Part shown: positions 40,062-49,515 of the stretch, one piece after another | How the letters are laid out: every line of letters begins with the position of its first letter | Numbering within the stretch: position 1 is the first letter of the stretch | DNA from: Pseudomonadota bacterium | GTDB taxonomy: Bacteria > Pseudomonadota > Alphaproteobacteria > SHVZ01 | Length of the DNA: 64,000 nt | Assembly: GCA_016195085.1 (NCBI GenBank) | Contig: JACQAG010000071.1 | Coordinates: forward strand, 63,093 to 127,092 | Direction of reading: 5' to 3' | Position numbers and translations under genes: made by a program | The notes under the pieces: model-generated | Seen by the model: the letters and a program-made list of their open reading frames with translations, nothing else | What the model was told of the DNA's origin: nothing | Database searches by the model: none

Positions 40062-41325
40062 AGTCGGCGACCGGGCGCGCGGCTGGCACGGCGGCACCCG
40101 GCCCGGTCAAGGTGCGGCGGGTCAAGAGCGTGCCGGTGGCGGAAAGGGTGAGGGCGGCCAACATGAAAAGCGCGAGCGGCATCTGGTTGCGGTCCAGCAT
40201 ATGGCCAATCGCGAGCGTGCCCAAGGCGCCAATCGCCATCTGCAGGCAGCCGAGCAACCCCGAGGCCGCGCCGAAGGCGCGGGGATCGACGCTGACGGCG
40301 CCGATGATGGCGCCGGGTTGGCTCAAGCCGTTGCCCATGGTCACGCAGATCATCGGCAGGAACAGCGCCGCCGGGGAGAGAATGCCGATGGCGCCTAGGA
40401 GCGCCATCGCCAGCACGCCGGTGATCGCGACCAGGGCGCCCAAGACGATCATGCGCTCGACGCCGAGCCGAATCATGAGCCGGGCGGCAAGGAAACTGCC
40501 GAAGATATAGCCGGCGGACACGCCGAAATACCACAAGGCATAGACGCGGGGCGGCTCACGCATGACCTCGACGACGAGGTAGGGGGCGCCGGCGAGGAAG
40601 GCGTAGAAGGCGGTCGCGGAGAAGGCCACGCTGCAGCTATAGCCGAGAAAGGCTCGCTGCCGCATGAGCCGCCAATAGCCCATGATGGTGACCGCCAGCC
40701 CGGGGAGCGGGGCGCGCTCATGGTGGGTCTCCGGCAGCGCCCACCAGATCCCGGCCGCGAGCAGGAAGCCGACGCCGGCCAAGGCTGCGAAGATCGCCCG
40801 CCAGCCGAGCCAAGCATCGATCGCCGCACCGACGGCAGGGGCCAAGGCGGGGGCGACCGACATCGCCATGTTCATATAGGCGAGCACGGTTGCCGCTTGG
40901 CCGCGGCTCCAGGCATCGCGCACGATCGCCCGGCTCAAGACCAGGCCGGCGCAGCCGCCCAGCGCCTGCGCGATTCGGGCCACGATCAGCACCCCGATCG
41001 ATTGGGCAAGAAGCGCTCCCAGCGCCGAGAGGGCGTAGAGCGCCACGCCCGCCAGCAGCAAAGGCCGGCGGCCGAAGCGGTCGGAGAGCGGGCCGTAGAC
41101 GAGCTGGCCCAGGGACACGCCGATCAGATACAGCGTAAGCGTGAGCTGCACGGTCGCGAAGTCGGTAGCAAACACCTCAGCCAAGCGCGGCATGGACGGG
41201 ATGAAGATATTGAGCGCCAGCGGCCCGAGGGCGCTGGCGACGATGAGCAGGATGACGGGTGGGCGCGGGGCCACGTCGGGCATGAGGAAAACATCCGGCG
41301 GCGAGGGCGGCTGCGATCTTAACAC
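40060..41325 (-). CDS. MFS transporter, Bcr/CflA-like 12-TMS efflux family
   Basis: 12 TMS; motif GPLSDRFGRRPLL between TM2 and TM3. The start could instead be the internal ATG at 41283. Confidence 0.75.
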   Translation of the reverse strand: MLRSQPPSPPDVFLMPDVAPRPPVILLIVASALGPLALNIFIPSMPRLAEVFATDFATVQLTLTLYLIGVSLGQLVYGPLSDRFGRRPLLLAGVALYALSALGALLAQSIGVLIVARIAQALGGCAGLVLSRAIVRDAWSRGQAATVLAYMNMAMSVAPALAPAVGAAIDAWLGWRAIFAALAGVGFLLAAGIWWALPETHHERAPLPGLAVTIMGYWRLMRQRAFLGYSCSVAFSATAFYAFLAGAPYLVVEVMREPPRVYALWYFGVSAGYIFGSFLAARLMIRLGVERMIVLGALVAITGVLAMALLGAIGILSPAALFLPMICVTMGNGLSQPGAIIGAVSVDPRAFGAASGLLGCLQMAIGALGTLAIGHMLDRNQMPLALFMLAALTLSATGTLLTRRTLTGPGAAVPAARPVAD

Positions 41326-41425
41326 GAGCTCATGCGCGCGCTGATCGAGGCCGAACTCTATGTCGAGTTCCTGATCGTGCCGGCTTACGGCCGCGTGATC
41401 GCCGCCGGCGGGCGAGGGGACGCCC

Positions 41426-42148
41426 TCAGAACTTCTCCACCCACGGCCTCAAGTCGAGCTCGAAGGCCCAGGCGGTTTTCGGCTGGCGGTGGAGCTGCCA
41501 ATAGGCCTCAGCGATGGCGTCGGGCTCGAGGAGCGCGTCCGGTCCCCGCTCAGCCGCCGCGGCACGATAGCGCTCGGAGGCGATCTGGCCGTCGATCACC
41601 ACATGGGCCACATGAATGCCCTTGGGCCCGAGCTCGCGGGCCATGCTCTGGGCGAGCGCCCGCAAGCCGAACTTGTTCATGGCGAAGGGCGCGAAATTGG
41701 CGCTGCCGCGCACCGACGCGGTGGCGCCGGTGAAGAGGATGGTGCCGGCGCCGCGTCTGACCATGCGGCGCGCGGCTTGCTGGCCGACCAGCAGGCCGCC
41801 GAAGCAGCCGATGCGCCAGGCCCGCTCGACCTCGGCGGGATCGAGATCGAGGATCGAGCCGCGGGCAAAGGAGGAGGCGTTGAAGACGACGAGATCGGGC
41901 GAGCCCAGCTCGGTCTCCACCCGCTCGAACAATCTCTCGACGGCGGCGCGTTCGCCGGTATCGGCGCCATAGGCGCGGATGGTGGACTTGGGCTGGCTCG
42001 CGACGAGCTCCGCCAGCGTCGCCTCGTTGCGGGCGGCGACGGCGACTTGCATACCCTCGCGGGCGAAGCGCTTGGCCAAGGCCCAGCCGAGGCCGGGACC
42101 GACGCCGACGACGAGGGCGGTTTTCTTCTCGGGCATGGTTCGGATCAT
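41426..42148 (-). CDS. SDR family oxidoreductase
   Basis: TALVVGVGPGLG Rossmann motif; NASS...YxxxK-type region; 240 aa. Confidence 0.8.
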   Translation of the reverse strand: MIRTMPEKKTALVVGVGPGLGWALAKRFAREGMQVAVAARNEATLAELVASQPKSTIRAYGADTGERAAVERLFERVETELGSPDLVVFNASSFARGSILDLDPAEVERAWRIGCFGGLLVGQQAARRMVRRGAGTILFTGATASVRGSANFAPFAMNKFGLRALAQSMARELGPKGIHVAHVVIDGQIASERYRAAAAERGPDALLEPDAIAEAYWQLHRQPKTAWAFELDLRPWVEKF

Positions 42149-42273
42149 CCAAGGATGGTTTGAGGTTTGCGGGCGATCCTAGACCAAGTGGCCGAGCGGC
42201 AAGCACGAACAAAACATGTGGCGCTGCGAAAGCAATATTTGCTGGCAGCGTCTGGCTTGGGCTAGTCAGCGAA

Positions 42274-42342
42274 GACCCTCACCCGCCTCGCTTTCGCTCG
42301 GCACCCTCTCCCGCATTGCGGGAGAGGGGCGGGGTGAGGGTC
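42274..42342. repeat. Nested-palindromic REP element, family C
   Basis: GACCCTCACCCGCC...CCCTCTCCCGCattgCGGGAGAGGG...GGCGGGGTGAGGGTC; related longer copy at 50423..50518. Confidence 0.7.
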
Positions 42343-42392
42343 CTTTACGATCGATCAAACAAGCAAAGAACCGTTCGACGAGGACACTCTGC

Positions 42393-44009
42393 TCAGCCCT
42401 TCTTCTCGATGTTCCACAGCACCAGGCGGACTGTCTCCAGCACGCCGGTGAGGTTGTTGCGGTAGGCGATGGGCGCGTAGAATTGGCCGATCGGGATGTA
42501 GGGCACGGTCTCGTAGAAGCGCGCCTGGAACCGGTCGACGATGTCCTTGCGCTGCGCGTCGGTCTGCGCCAACGGGTATTCGAGCCGGATCTTCTCCAGT
42601 GCTGCATCGCAGGGCCAGCCGAACCAGTTGGAGCCGTCGCAGGGCGTGGGCGCCGGCGTATTGGTCAAGGGCGTTCCCATGGCCAGGCCGCCGCCCCAGG
42701 TGTGAAATCCGGTCCAGGCCCGGGGATTGGCGTCGAGCGGATCCTTGAGCGCCCGGCGTGCGGTCTGGGTGCCCCAGTCCACGCTCTGCAGGTCGACGTT
42801 GATGCCGATCTCGCGCATCTTCTGCGCGGTCACGGTCGCCTGGGTGTGGGCGAGGTGGGTGTCGGCGGGATCGAGCACGACCACGCGCTCGCCCTTGTAG
42901 CCGGCCTCGGCCAGGAGCGCCTTCGCCTTGGCGATGTTGTCGGCCTTGCTGTTGGTCGCCCACGGACCGATGCCGGCCTTCGACTCGAGCGGCGTGCCGC
43001 AGACGAACACCGCCCAGCACGGCTTCTCGTATTCCGGATTGCCGATCATCGCGCCCAGATAGTCCTTCTGGTCGCCCACCATGTAGAGCAGTGCCTGGCG
43101 CACCTTCGGATTGTCGAAGGGCTTCTGCAGATGGTTGGGACGGAACACCGCTTGGGTCCCGATGCGGTCGATCACCTTGATGGTGATGTTGCCTTCCTTG
43201 CGCATCAGCGGCAGCAGATCCGGGGTGGGGATCTCGATCATGTCGACCTCGCCGCGGATCAAGGCTTGGGTCGCGGTGTTGGCGTCGGGAATGACCGGCC
43301 ACTCCACCCGGTCGACCTTGGCGAGCTTGCCGCCGGCAAACCCGTCGGCCGGCTCCTTGCGCGGCACGTAGTCGGGATTCTTGCGGTAGACCACCTTGGC
43401 GCCCGGGACCCATTCGTTCTTGACCATGATGTAGGGGCCCGATCCGGTCGGGTCCTCGATCGGCTGGTCGGCGGGCAGCATCGCCTCCTTCTCGCGGGTG
43501 ATGAACAGCGGATTCTCCGGCGTGCCCAAGGTATCGAGGACCGGGCCGAATGGCTGCGCCAGCCGGAGCTCGAAGCTCATGGTCCCGGTGGCGACGATCT
43601 CCTTGCCGAACTGCATCAGCGTCTTGCCCGTGGGGATGCGCGACGCCCAACGCTTCATCGTGGCGACCACGTCCTTGGCCTCGACCGGCGTGCCGTCGTG
43701 GAATTTGAGCCCGGGCCGGAGCGTGAACTTCCAGGTAAGACCGTCGGCGCTCTTCTCGTAGCTCTCCACCATCTGCGGCTGGTAGACGAGCTTGCCGTCG
43801 GGGGCGAACAGCACGTCATAGACCATGTAGCCATGGTTGGAGGTGATGTTGTTGGTGGTCCAAACCGTGTCGAGAACCTTAAGGTCGGCCTGGGGTACCA
43901 GGCGGAGCGTGGTCTCGGCGTGGGCGTAGGATCCGGCAAGAGTGAGGGCGAGCGGCAAGGCTGCCAGGCAAGCGGCCTTTTTGCAGCCGCCTTGGAATGG
44001 GTGCGACAT
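42393..44009 (-). CDS. ABC transporter substrate-binding protein, family 5 (DppA/OppA-like), orphan
   Basis: Signal peptide MSHPFQGGCKKAACLAALPLALTLAGSYAHA; SBP_bac_5-like body; no permease or ATPase adjacent. Confidence 0.85.
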   Translation of the reverse strand: MSHPFQGGCKKAACLAALPLALTLAGSYAHAETTLRLVPQADLKVLDTVWTTNNITSNHGYMVYDVLFAPDGKLVYQPQMVESYEKSADGLTWKFTLRPGLKFHDGTPVEAKDVVATMKRWASRIPTGKTLMQFGKEIVATGTMSFELRLAQPFGPVLDTLGTPENPLFITREKEAMLPADQPIEDPTGSGPYIMVKNEWVPGAKVVYRKNPDYVPRKEPADGFAGGKLAKVDRVEWPVIPDANTATQALIRGEVDMIEIPTPDLLPLMRKEGNITIKVIDRIGTQAVFRPNHLQKPFDNPKVRQALLYMVGDQKDYLGAMIGNPEYEKPCWAVFVCGTPLESKAGIGPWATNSKADNIAKAKALLAEAGYKGERVVVLDPADTHLAHTQATVTAQKMREIGINVDLQSVDWGTQTARRALKDPLDANPRAWTGFHTWGGGLAMGTPLTNTPAPTPCDGSNWFGWPCDAALEKIRLEYPLAQTDAQRKDIVDRFQARFYETVPYIPIGQFYAPIAYRNNLTGVLETVRLVLWNIEKKG

Positions 44010-44072
44010 GAGGCCTCCTTTCGCCCGAGTGGAGTCTCGAGCGCTCTTTCATGGAAGCAAATCCTAGCAGAA

Positions 44073-44180
44073 CCCCAGGAGGGCAGGGGAGGGGGGTGAT
44101 CCTCACCCCCCTCCCTAAACCCACCCCCAGGAGGGCAGGGGAGGGGGTGATCCTCACCCCCTCCCTAAACCCACCCCCAG
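44073..44180. repeat. Tandem duplication (2.1 copies) of a ~52-bp palindromic REP unit, family B
   Basis: CCCCAGGAGGGCAGGGGAGGGGGGTGATCCTCACCCCCCTCCCTAAACCCAC repeated. Unit 1 has G6/C6 arms and unit 2 G5/C5, i.e. the two arms changed together and stem pairing is preserved. Confidence 0.75.
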
Positions 44181-44206
44181 GCGGCGGTAGACGAGGGCCG
44201 CAGCCG

Positions 44207-44524
44207 CTACGGCCGGATCGGCGCCAGGAAGACGAGCGCCGCCAGCGCGATGGCGGCCAGCACGAACAGGAATGCAAGGGTGTAGGCAAGCAGCGCCAGC
44301 GCCTCTCGCTTCTTGCCCTCCAGATACCAAAGCATCGGCCGTCCGAAGATCAACGTGCCGGTGAGCGCCGCGGAGAACACCCCGACCATCAAGATCGCGA
44401 TCGGGACCAGAGGGCTCGGACCGCGCCGCGTCTGCCCGGTGTAGAACAACACTGTGGCGATGACGGCGACGGTGAGCGCCGTGCCGAGAGCGTTGAGGAG
44501 AGCCGTCCGCGGTATCTGCGGCAT
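44207..44524 (-). CDS. Small hypothetical membrane protein (3 predicted TM helices, ~105 aa)
   Basis: GGAGG SD before the ATG at 44524; hydrophobic segments ALLNALGTALTVAVIATVLFY, VPIAILMVGVFSAALTGTLIF and LALLAYTLAFLFVLAAIALAALVFL. Confidence 0.5.
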   Translation of the reverse strand: MPQIPRTALLNALGTALTVAVIATVLFYTGQTRRGPSPLVPIAILMVGVFSAALTGTLIFGRPMLWYLEGKKREALALLAYTLAFLFVLAAIALAALVFLAPIRP

Positions 44525-44535
44525 CCGCGCCTCCG

Positions 44536-45297
44536 TCACCTCCCGCCGTTGACGATGAAGTCCTGACCGGTCACCAGCCGGCTGTCGTCGGCGGCGAGCC
44601 ACAGCACCATGCGGGCGATGTCGGGGGGATGGAGCTTCTCCTTGAGGCACTGCGCCTTCATGAGATCGGCCTCGGCCTCCGGCGTCAGCCACAGCTTCAC
44701 CTGCCGATCGGTCATGATCCAGCCCGGCACCACGGTGTTGACCCGGATGCGGTCGGCTCCGAGGTCGCGGGCGAGCCCGCGGGTCTGGCCGATGACGCCG
44801 GACTTTGCCGTCATGTAGACGGTGAGCTCGGGCGTGAAGTTCATCCATGAGGACGAACCCATGTTGATGATCGAGCCGCCGCCCGCCTTGCGCATGCCCG
44901 GCGCCACCGCCTGGGCGGCGAAGAACTGGTGGCGGATGTTCACCTGGATGCGCTCGTCCCAGTATTCCGGGGTCACGTCCTCGATCCGGTGGCGGTCGTC
45001 GCGGGCGGCATTGTTGACGAGCGCGGTGATGGGGCCGTGCGCGGCGGCGGCCTTCTTGATCGCCTTGCGCAAGGCGGCGATGTCATGGAGATCGCAGGGG
45101 ATGAAGAGCGGCTTCGGCTGGCGCTTGCTGGCGATTCCTGCCGCCAGCGCCCGAGATGCCTTCTTGTCCACGTCCACGAAGGCCACTTTCGAGCCTTGCT
45201 GGGCGAAATGCTCGACGATCGAGGCGCCGATGCCGGAACCGCCGCCGGAAACGAAGACGCTGCGGGACTCGAGGCTGGGATAACGGGCGAAGCTCAT
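44536..45297 (-). CDS. SDR family oxidoreductase (3-oxoacyl-ACP reductase-like)
   Basis: VFVSGGGSGIGASIV; NNAA; YxxxK-like; 253 aa. Confidence 0.85.
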   Translation of the reverse strand: MSFARYPSLESRSVFVSGGGSGIGASIVEHFAQQGSKVAFVDVDKKASRALAAGIASKRQPKPLFIPCDLHDIAALRKAIKKAAAAHGPITALVNNAARDDRHRIEDVTPEYWDERIQVNIRHQFFAAQAVAPGMRKAGGGSIINMGSSSWMNFTPELTVYMTAKSGVIGQTRGLARDLGADRIRVNTVVPGWIMTDRQVKLWLTPEAEADLMKAQCLKEKLHPPDIARMVLWLAADDSRLVTGQDFIVNGGR

Positions 45298-45311
45298 CGA
45301 CGAATGCTCCT

Positions 45312-46259
45312 TTAGCGGTCCACCGGGCTCGGCTCGAAGCGCATGCGGCCGATGAGCCGCTCTCCGGGTCCGAGGATCATCGTGCCGGTGTCGGGCGTGC
45401 CGGCGGCGGCCAGCGCGAAGCCCCCCGCAGCGTGGCTGACCGGCTCGACGCAGAAAAAATCCTGGTCCTTAGGCGTGTAGATGACGAGGTGGCTGAGGGG
45501 CGGCTCGGCGGTGATCGCGAGCTTGGTCTTCCGCTCCGGCCAGGTGATGACGGCCTTGCCGTCCCAATCGCCGAAGCAATTGTCCAGCACCAGGGGCCCG
45601 AGCGCGCGCTGGCCGGCGAAGTCCCACGCCGCCGGCACCGCCACCCGCTCGGTCGGGATCAGCTCCGCATCGGAGAGCCAGACATGGCCGAGGCGCGCTT
45701 CCAGCCGCGTCGCCGGCGTCTTCGGGAAATACGGATGGACCCCGATCCCTGCCGGCATCGGTCGCGTGTCGATGTTTTCGAGGCCGATCTCGATCGCCAG
45801 GCCGGCGTCATCGAGGACGAATGTCTGGCGGGCGCGATAGCGGACCGGCCAGCCCTTGCCGTCATGCTCGTAGACCAGCGCGGCGGAGCCTGCCTTTGCG
45901 CTCACGACCTTCCAAGGCTTGAGCCAGGCATCGCCATGGATCGGGTGCGGGCCCCCGGACCAGTTGCCCGGCAAGGTGACCGTCTCCCGGCCGAAGCGAA
46001 CGCGCCCGCCGGCAATGCGGCCGGAATAGGGGATGAGCGGAAAGCTCGCCAGCTGCCTGGGCTCGCGCTCCTTGAGCGCCGCCGCATTGCCCGGACGCAT
46101 CAGCATGACCGGGCCCGCGTCGGTGTCCATGACGAAGCGCACGATCGAGGCACCCCGCTCAGGGGCGAGATCGACTCGGAGCTTGCCGGCGCTGAGGGAG
46201 AAGAGCGTTACGGGCGAGACGTCCATGGCCGAAACCATACCGTCCAAGCGGTCGGGCAC
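45312..46259 (-). CDS. Aldose 1-epimerase family protein (mutarotase-like)
   Basis: Aldose-epimerase fold motifs (HPYFP, conserved His/Glu context); 315 aa. Confidence 0.7.
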   Translation of the reverse strand: MPDRLDGMVSAMDVSPVTLFSLSAGKLRVDLAPERGASIVRFVMDTDAGPVMLMRPGNAAALKEREPRQLASFPLIPYSGRIAGGRVRFGRETVTLPGNWSGGPHPIHGDAWLKPWKVVSAKAGSAALVYEHDGKGWPVRYRARQTFVLDDAGLAIEIGLENIDTRPMPAGIGVHPYFPKTPATRLEARLGHVWLSDAELIPTERVAVPAAWDFAGQRALGPLVLDNCFGDWDGKAVITWPERKTKLAITAEPPLSHLVIYTPKDQDFFCVEPVSHAAGGFALAAAGTPDTGTMILGPGERLIGRMRFEPSPVDR

Positions 46260-46265
46260 GCAAAG

Positions 46266-46371
46266 GCCCCCACTCCACCCTCCCCCACGCTTATGCGCGG
46301 GGGAGGGAGTAGAAAGGCGCGCCTCCTACTCCCTCCCCCGCCGTCAGGCGGGGGAGGGCCGGGGCGGGGGC
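46266..46371. repeat. Nested-palindromic REP element, family A copy 2
   Basis: GCCCCCACTCCACCCTCCCCC...GGGGGAGGGAGtagaaaggcgcgcctcctaCTCCCTCCCCC...GGGGGAGGGCCGGGGCGGGGGC. Confidence 0.8.
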
Positions 46372-46393
46372 AATCGGCGTTCGCGAGTCTCGG

Positions 46394-47944
46394 CTACTCC
46401 AGCCACGCGTCCCAGAAGCGCTCGGCGCCGGAATAGGGTTTGAAGCCTTTCAGGTTGGATGCCATGGCGAGGTTGAAGCCCATGTCGCCGAGCTTCATCA
46501 CGTAGACCTGCTGGGCCATGTGGCGCTGGATCTCCGTCCAGGCGGCCTTGCGGTCGGCCTGCTCGAGGGAGACGTTGAACTTGCCCCAGGCCTTGTCGAG
46601 CACCTCGTCCTTGGCGACGCGGCTGACATTGCCCTCGCCCCAGAACAGCTTCAGATAGCTGTAGGGACCGACGAAGGGCTGGATGGCGAAGCCGGAGACC
46701 GACAGGTTCCAGCCGTCGTTCTTGTTCAAGACCAGCGAGGCCATGGTCGGCCAGTCCATCACCTCGAAGCGCACATTGATGCCGACCGCCTTCAGCTGCT
46801 CGGAGATCACCTGCGCGCCCTTGAACATGTATTGGTAGTCTTTGTTGGTGGCGATGACCAAGGGCTCGCCCTTGTAGCCGGACTCGGCCAAGAGCGCCTT
46901 CGCCTTCTTCGCATCGGCCTGGTTGTAGAACTCCTTGCCGCCATCGTTGAAGTACGGATTGTTCGGATAGGTGAAGGCGTGGCTGAGCTTGAAGTTGCCG
47001 TCGCTGGCCGCCTGCATGATCTCGTCGATGTCGAGGGCGGCCTGGATCGCCTGGCGGAGCTTCAAATTGCTGGTGGGCGGATTGACGCCGTTCACCAGCA
47101 CGGCCGGCTGCGAGGCGGTCTGTAGGTTGGCCACCACGATCTTGCTGTTGCCTTCGAGGCGCTTGGCCGCCGGCACCGGCACGTCCTCGATGAAATGCAC
47201 TTGGCCCGCTTCGAGGGCCGCCACCCGGGCGCTCGCCTCGCGCACGATGCGGATGGTGACCGTGTCGAAATAGGCGGTCTTCTTGCCGCCGAGCCCGGTC
47301 GGGCCGGGGGCGGCGGCGTTCTGGGCGTAGCCGTCGAAGCGCTTCATCTTCACGTGGCTGTCGGCGACCCACTCGACCAGCTGAAACGGCCCGGTCGAGA
47401 TGTTGTTGGTCTTGTTGACCTCTTTCGTCGCCTCCTCCTCGGGGATGATGGTGGGGGGCGAGGCGGGCGAGCCCATGCGGTCGATGAAGGAGGTGCTGAG
47501 CTCCTTCATCTTGAAGACGACGGTGTAGGGATCCGGCGTCTCGATCGCCGCCACCGGTGCCATCGTCGTCTTCTCCGGGCTCACCTTGGCGAAGCGCTCG
47601 AGCGAGGCCTTGACGTCGGCCGAAGTCATCTCCTTGCCAGTGTGGAACTTGACGCCGCGGCGGAGGGTAAACTTGTAGGTCATGCCGTCCGGCGCGATCT
47701 CCCAGCTCGCAGCCAGCGACGGGATGGGTGCCGCATTCTCATCGATGGTGACCAGCGTCTCGTACATCCCCAGCATCATGTTGCGGGCGGCGGCCGAGGC
47801 GGTGAAATGCGGGTCCATGGTGTTGGTGCCGGCGGGCTGCGCGGCGACGAAATCGCCGCCCTTCTTCTGCGCCAGGGCCGGTCCTCCCAAGAGCAGCGTT
47901 GCCCCACAGAGCGCGATGAGAGCGGTTCGCTGAGCGCGTGTCAT
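46394..47944 (-). CDS. ABC transporter substrate-binding protein, family 5, orphan
   Basis: AGGAGG SD before the ATG at 47944; signal peptide MTRAQRTALIALCGATLLLGGPALAQ; SBP_bac_5 body. Confidence 0.85.
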   Translation of the reverse strand: MTRAQRTALIALCGATLLLGGPALAQKKGGDFVAAQPAGTNTMDPHFTASAAARNMMLGMYETLVTIDENAAPIPSLAASWEIAPDGMTYKFTLRRGVKFHTGKEMTSADVKASLERFAKVSPEKTTMAPVAAIETPDPYTVVFKMKELSTSFIDRMGSPASPPTIIPEEEATKEVNKTNNISTGPFQLVEWVADSHVKMKRFDGYAQNAAAPGPTGLGGKKTAYFDTVTIRIVREASARVAALEAGQVHFIEDVPVPAAKRLEGNSKIVVANLQTASQPAVLVNGVNPPTSNLKLRQAIQAALDIDEIMQAASDGNFKLSHAFTYPNNPYFNDGGKEFYNQADAKKAKALLAESGYKGEPLVIATNKDYQYMFKGAQVISEQLKAVGINVRFEVMDWPTMASLVLNKNDGWNLSVSGFAIQPFVGPYSYLKLFWGEGNVSRVAKDEVLDKAWGKFNVSLEQADRKAAWTEIQRHMAQQVYVMKLGDMGFNLAMASNLKGFKPYSGAERFWDAWLE

Positions 47945-48118
47945 CTTCGCCTCCTGGAAAAAACTTTCCCATACGCTAACGGCCTGGGCCGGGCTTTGCA
48001 AACCCGTGACCGATCACGACCTGTCGAGGGCTCGCGGGAAGGGCTTGCGCCGATCCCCGGGCGATGCCATGTGCTGGGGCGCTCCTCCTAACCCACCAGC
48101 CCCGCAGGGTATTTCGAC

Positions 48119-48532
48119 ATGATCTGGTCTGCTGTCCGTGCCGCCATCCGCTCGCCTGCCTTCGCCTCGCTCGGCGTGCTTCTAGCCTTGCTCGGCCTCC
48201 TCCCCATTCGGCCGGCCCTGGCCGATGGCGACACCGCCGCCGGCCGCAAGGCCTTCTCCCAATGCATCGCCTGCCACCGGGCCGAGGAAGGCAAGAACCT
48301 GATCGGACCCAGCCTCTTCGGCGTCTACGGGCGTCCGGCGGCGAGCGTCCAAGACTTCAGCTATTCCCCGGCGATGAAGAACTCGAAAATCACCTGGGAC
48401 GATGCGAGCCTGGACAAGTATCTGGAAAATCCCATGGCCGTGGTCCGCGGCGGGCGGATGGCCTTCCCCGGCGTCAAGAACGCAACCCAGCGCGCCGATG
48501 TGATCGCCTATCTGAAGACGCTGAAAAAATAA
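48119..48532 (+). CDS. Cytochrome c (class I, c2/c550-like)
   Basis: Signal peptide; heme motif CIACH; distal Met region (GGRMAFPG). Confidence 0.8.
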   Translation: MIWSAVRAAIRSPAFASLGVLLALLGLLPIRPALADGDTAAGRKAFSQCIACHRAEEGKNLIGPSLFGVYGRPAASVQDFSYSPAMKNSKITWDDASLDKYLENPMAVVRGGRMAFPGVKNATQRADVIAYLKTLKK

Positions 48533-48541
48533 GGAAGGTAT

Positions 48542-48623
48542 TTCACCGCAGAGACGCGGAGAGCACGGAGGCTCGATTCTCAGCCGCGCTCCGCGCGGCG
48601 AAGATATTCGTCTCCGTGGTGAA
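48542..48623. repeat. REP element family E, copy 2
   Basis: See 36321..36392; positioned between two convergent genes (cytochrome c and an ABC permease). Confidence 0.6.
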
Positions 48624-48636
48624 TTGTTTTCTTTCC

Positions 48637-49515
48637 TCACTTGAGCGCGCCGGAGGTGAGGCCGGCGATGAATTGGCGCGACAGCAGAATGTAGAGGAGC
48701 GTGATCGGCAGTGCTGCCAGCATGAGACCGGCGAATAGCACGCCCCAGTCGGTGTTGTACTCGCCCATGAACACGGTCAAGCCTTGGGGCAGCGTCTTCA
48801 GCCGGTCGCTCTGCACGAACACCAAGGGAAAGAAGAAGTCGTTCCAGATCGGCACGGCGTTGTGGATGGCGGCGATCACCATCGCCGGCCGCGCTAGCGG
48901 CAGCATGATCTGCAGCATGATGCGGGCCTCGCCGGCGCCGTCGATGCGGGCCGACTGCTCGAGCTCTCCCGGCAGCGCCTTGAGGAAGCCGGTCAAGATG
49001 AACACCGCCGAAGGCAGCCCCATCGCCGTATAGATGGCGACCAAGCCGAGCCGGGTGTCGATCAGACCCATGGCCTTGAGCTCGATGAACAACGGGATGA
49101 TGGCGAGCTTGAGCGGCACCATCAGGCCGGCGAGGAAGAACATGAAGATGGCGCCGTTGCCGCGGAACTCGTAGCGCGCCAAGCCATAGGCGGCCATGGT
49201 GCCCAAGACCAGGATGAGAGCGATCGAGGCGCCGGTGGTCAGTACCGAGTTCACCAGATACTGCTGAAAATGCGTCTCGCCCAGCACGCGCGCGAGGTTG
49301 TCGAGATTGAGGCCGGTGGGTGGGGCGAATGGTGCGGCGTAGATCTCCGCGTTCGACTTGAAGGCGGAGAACACCATGATGAGAACGGGATAGAGCATGA
49401 TGAGCGCGTTCACCCAGAGCACGAGCTGGATCAGCCCGTCGCGGATGCGCTCGCCGCCGGGCAGAGGGAGCGGATTCAAATCTCGATCTCGCGTCGCCGC
49501 AGCATGCGCACCCAA
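48637..49515 (-). CDS. Sugar ABC transporter permease (MalG-like)
   Basis: 6 TMS; EAA motif region (IDGAGEARIMLQIMLPLARPAM). Confidence 0.85.
   Translation of the reverse strand: MGAHAAATRDRDLNPLPLPGGERIRDGLIQLVLWVNALIMLYPVLIMVFSAFKSNAEIYAAPFAPPTGLNLDNLARVLGETHFQQYLVNSVLTTGASIALILVLGTMAAYGLARYEFRGNGAIFMFFLAGLMVPLKLAIIPLFIELKAMGLIDTRLGLVAIYTAMGLPSAVFILTGFLKALPGELEQSARIDGAGEARIMLQIMLPLARPAMVIAAIHNAVPIWNDFFFPLVFVQSDRLKTLPQGLTVFMGEYNTDWGVLFAGLMLAALPITLLYILLSRQFIAGLTSGALK

Noticed and set aside
44207-44848. Full 213-aa version of the small membrane protein ORF
   Set aside because: The upstream 108 codons are Arg/His/Pro-rich and overlap the SDR gene in another frame. Only the downstream 105 codons (from the ATG at 44524, with a GGAGG SD) look like a real hydrophobic protein.
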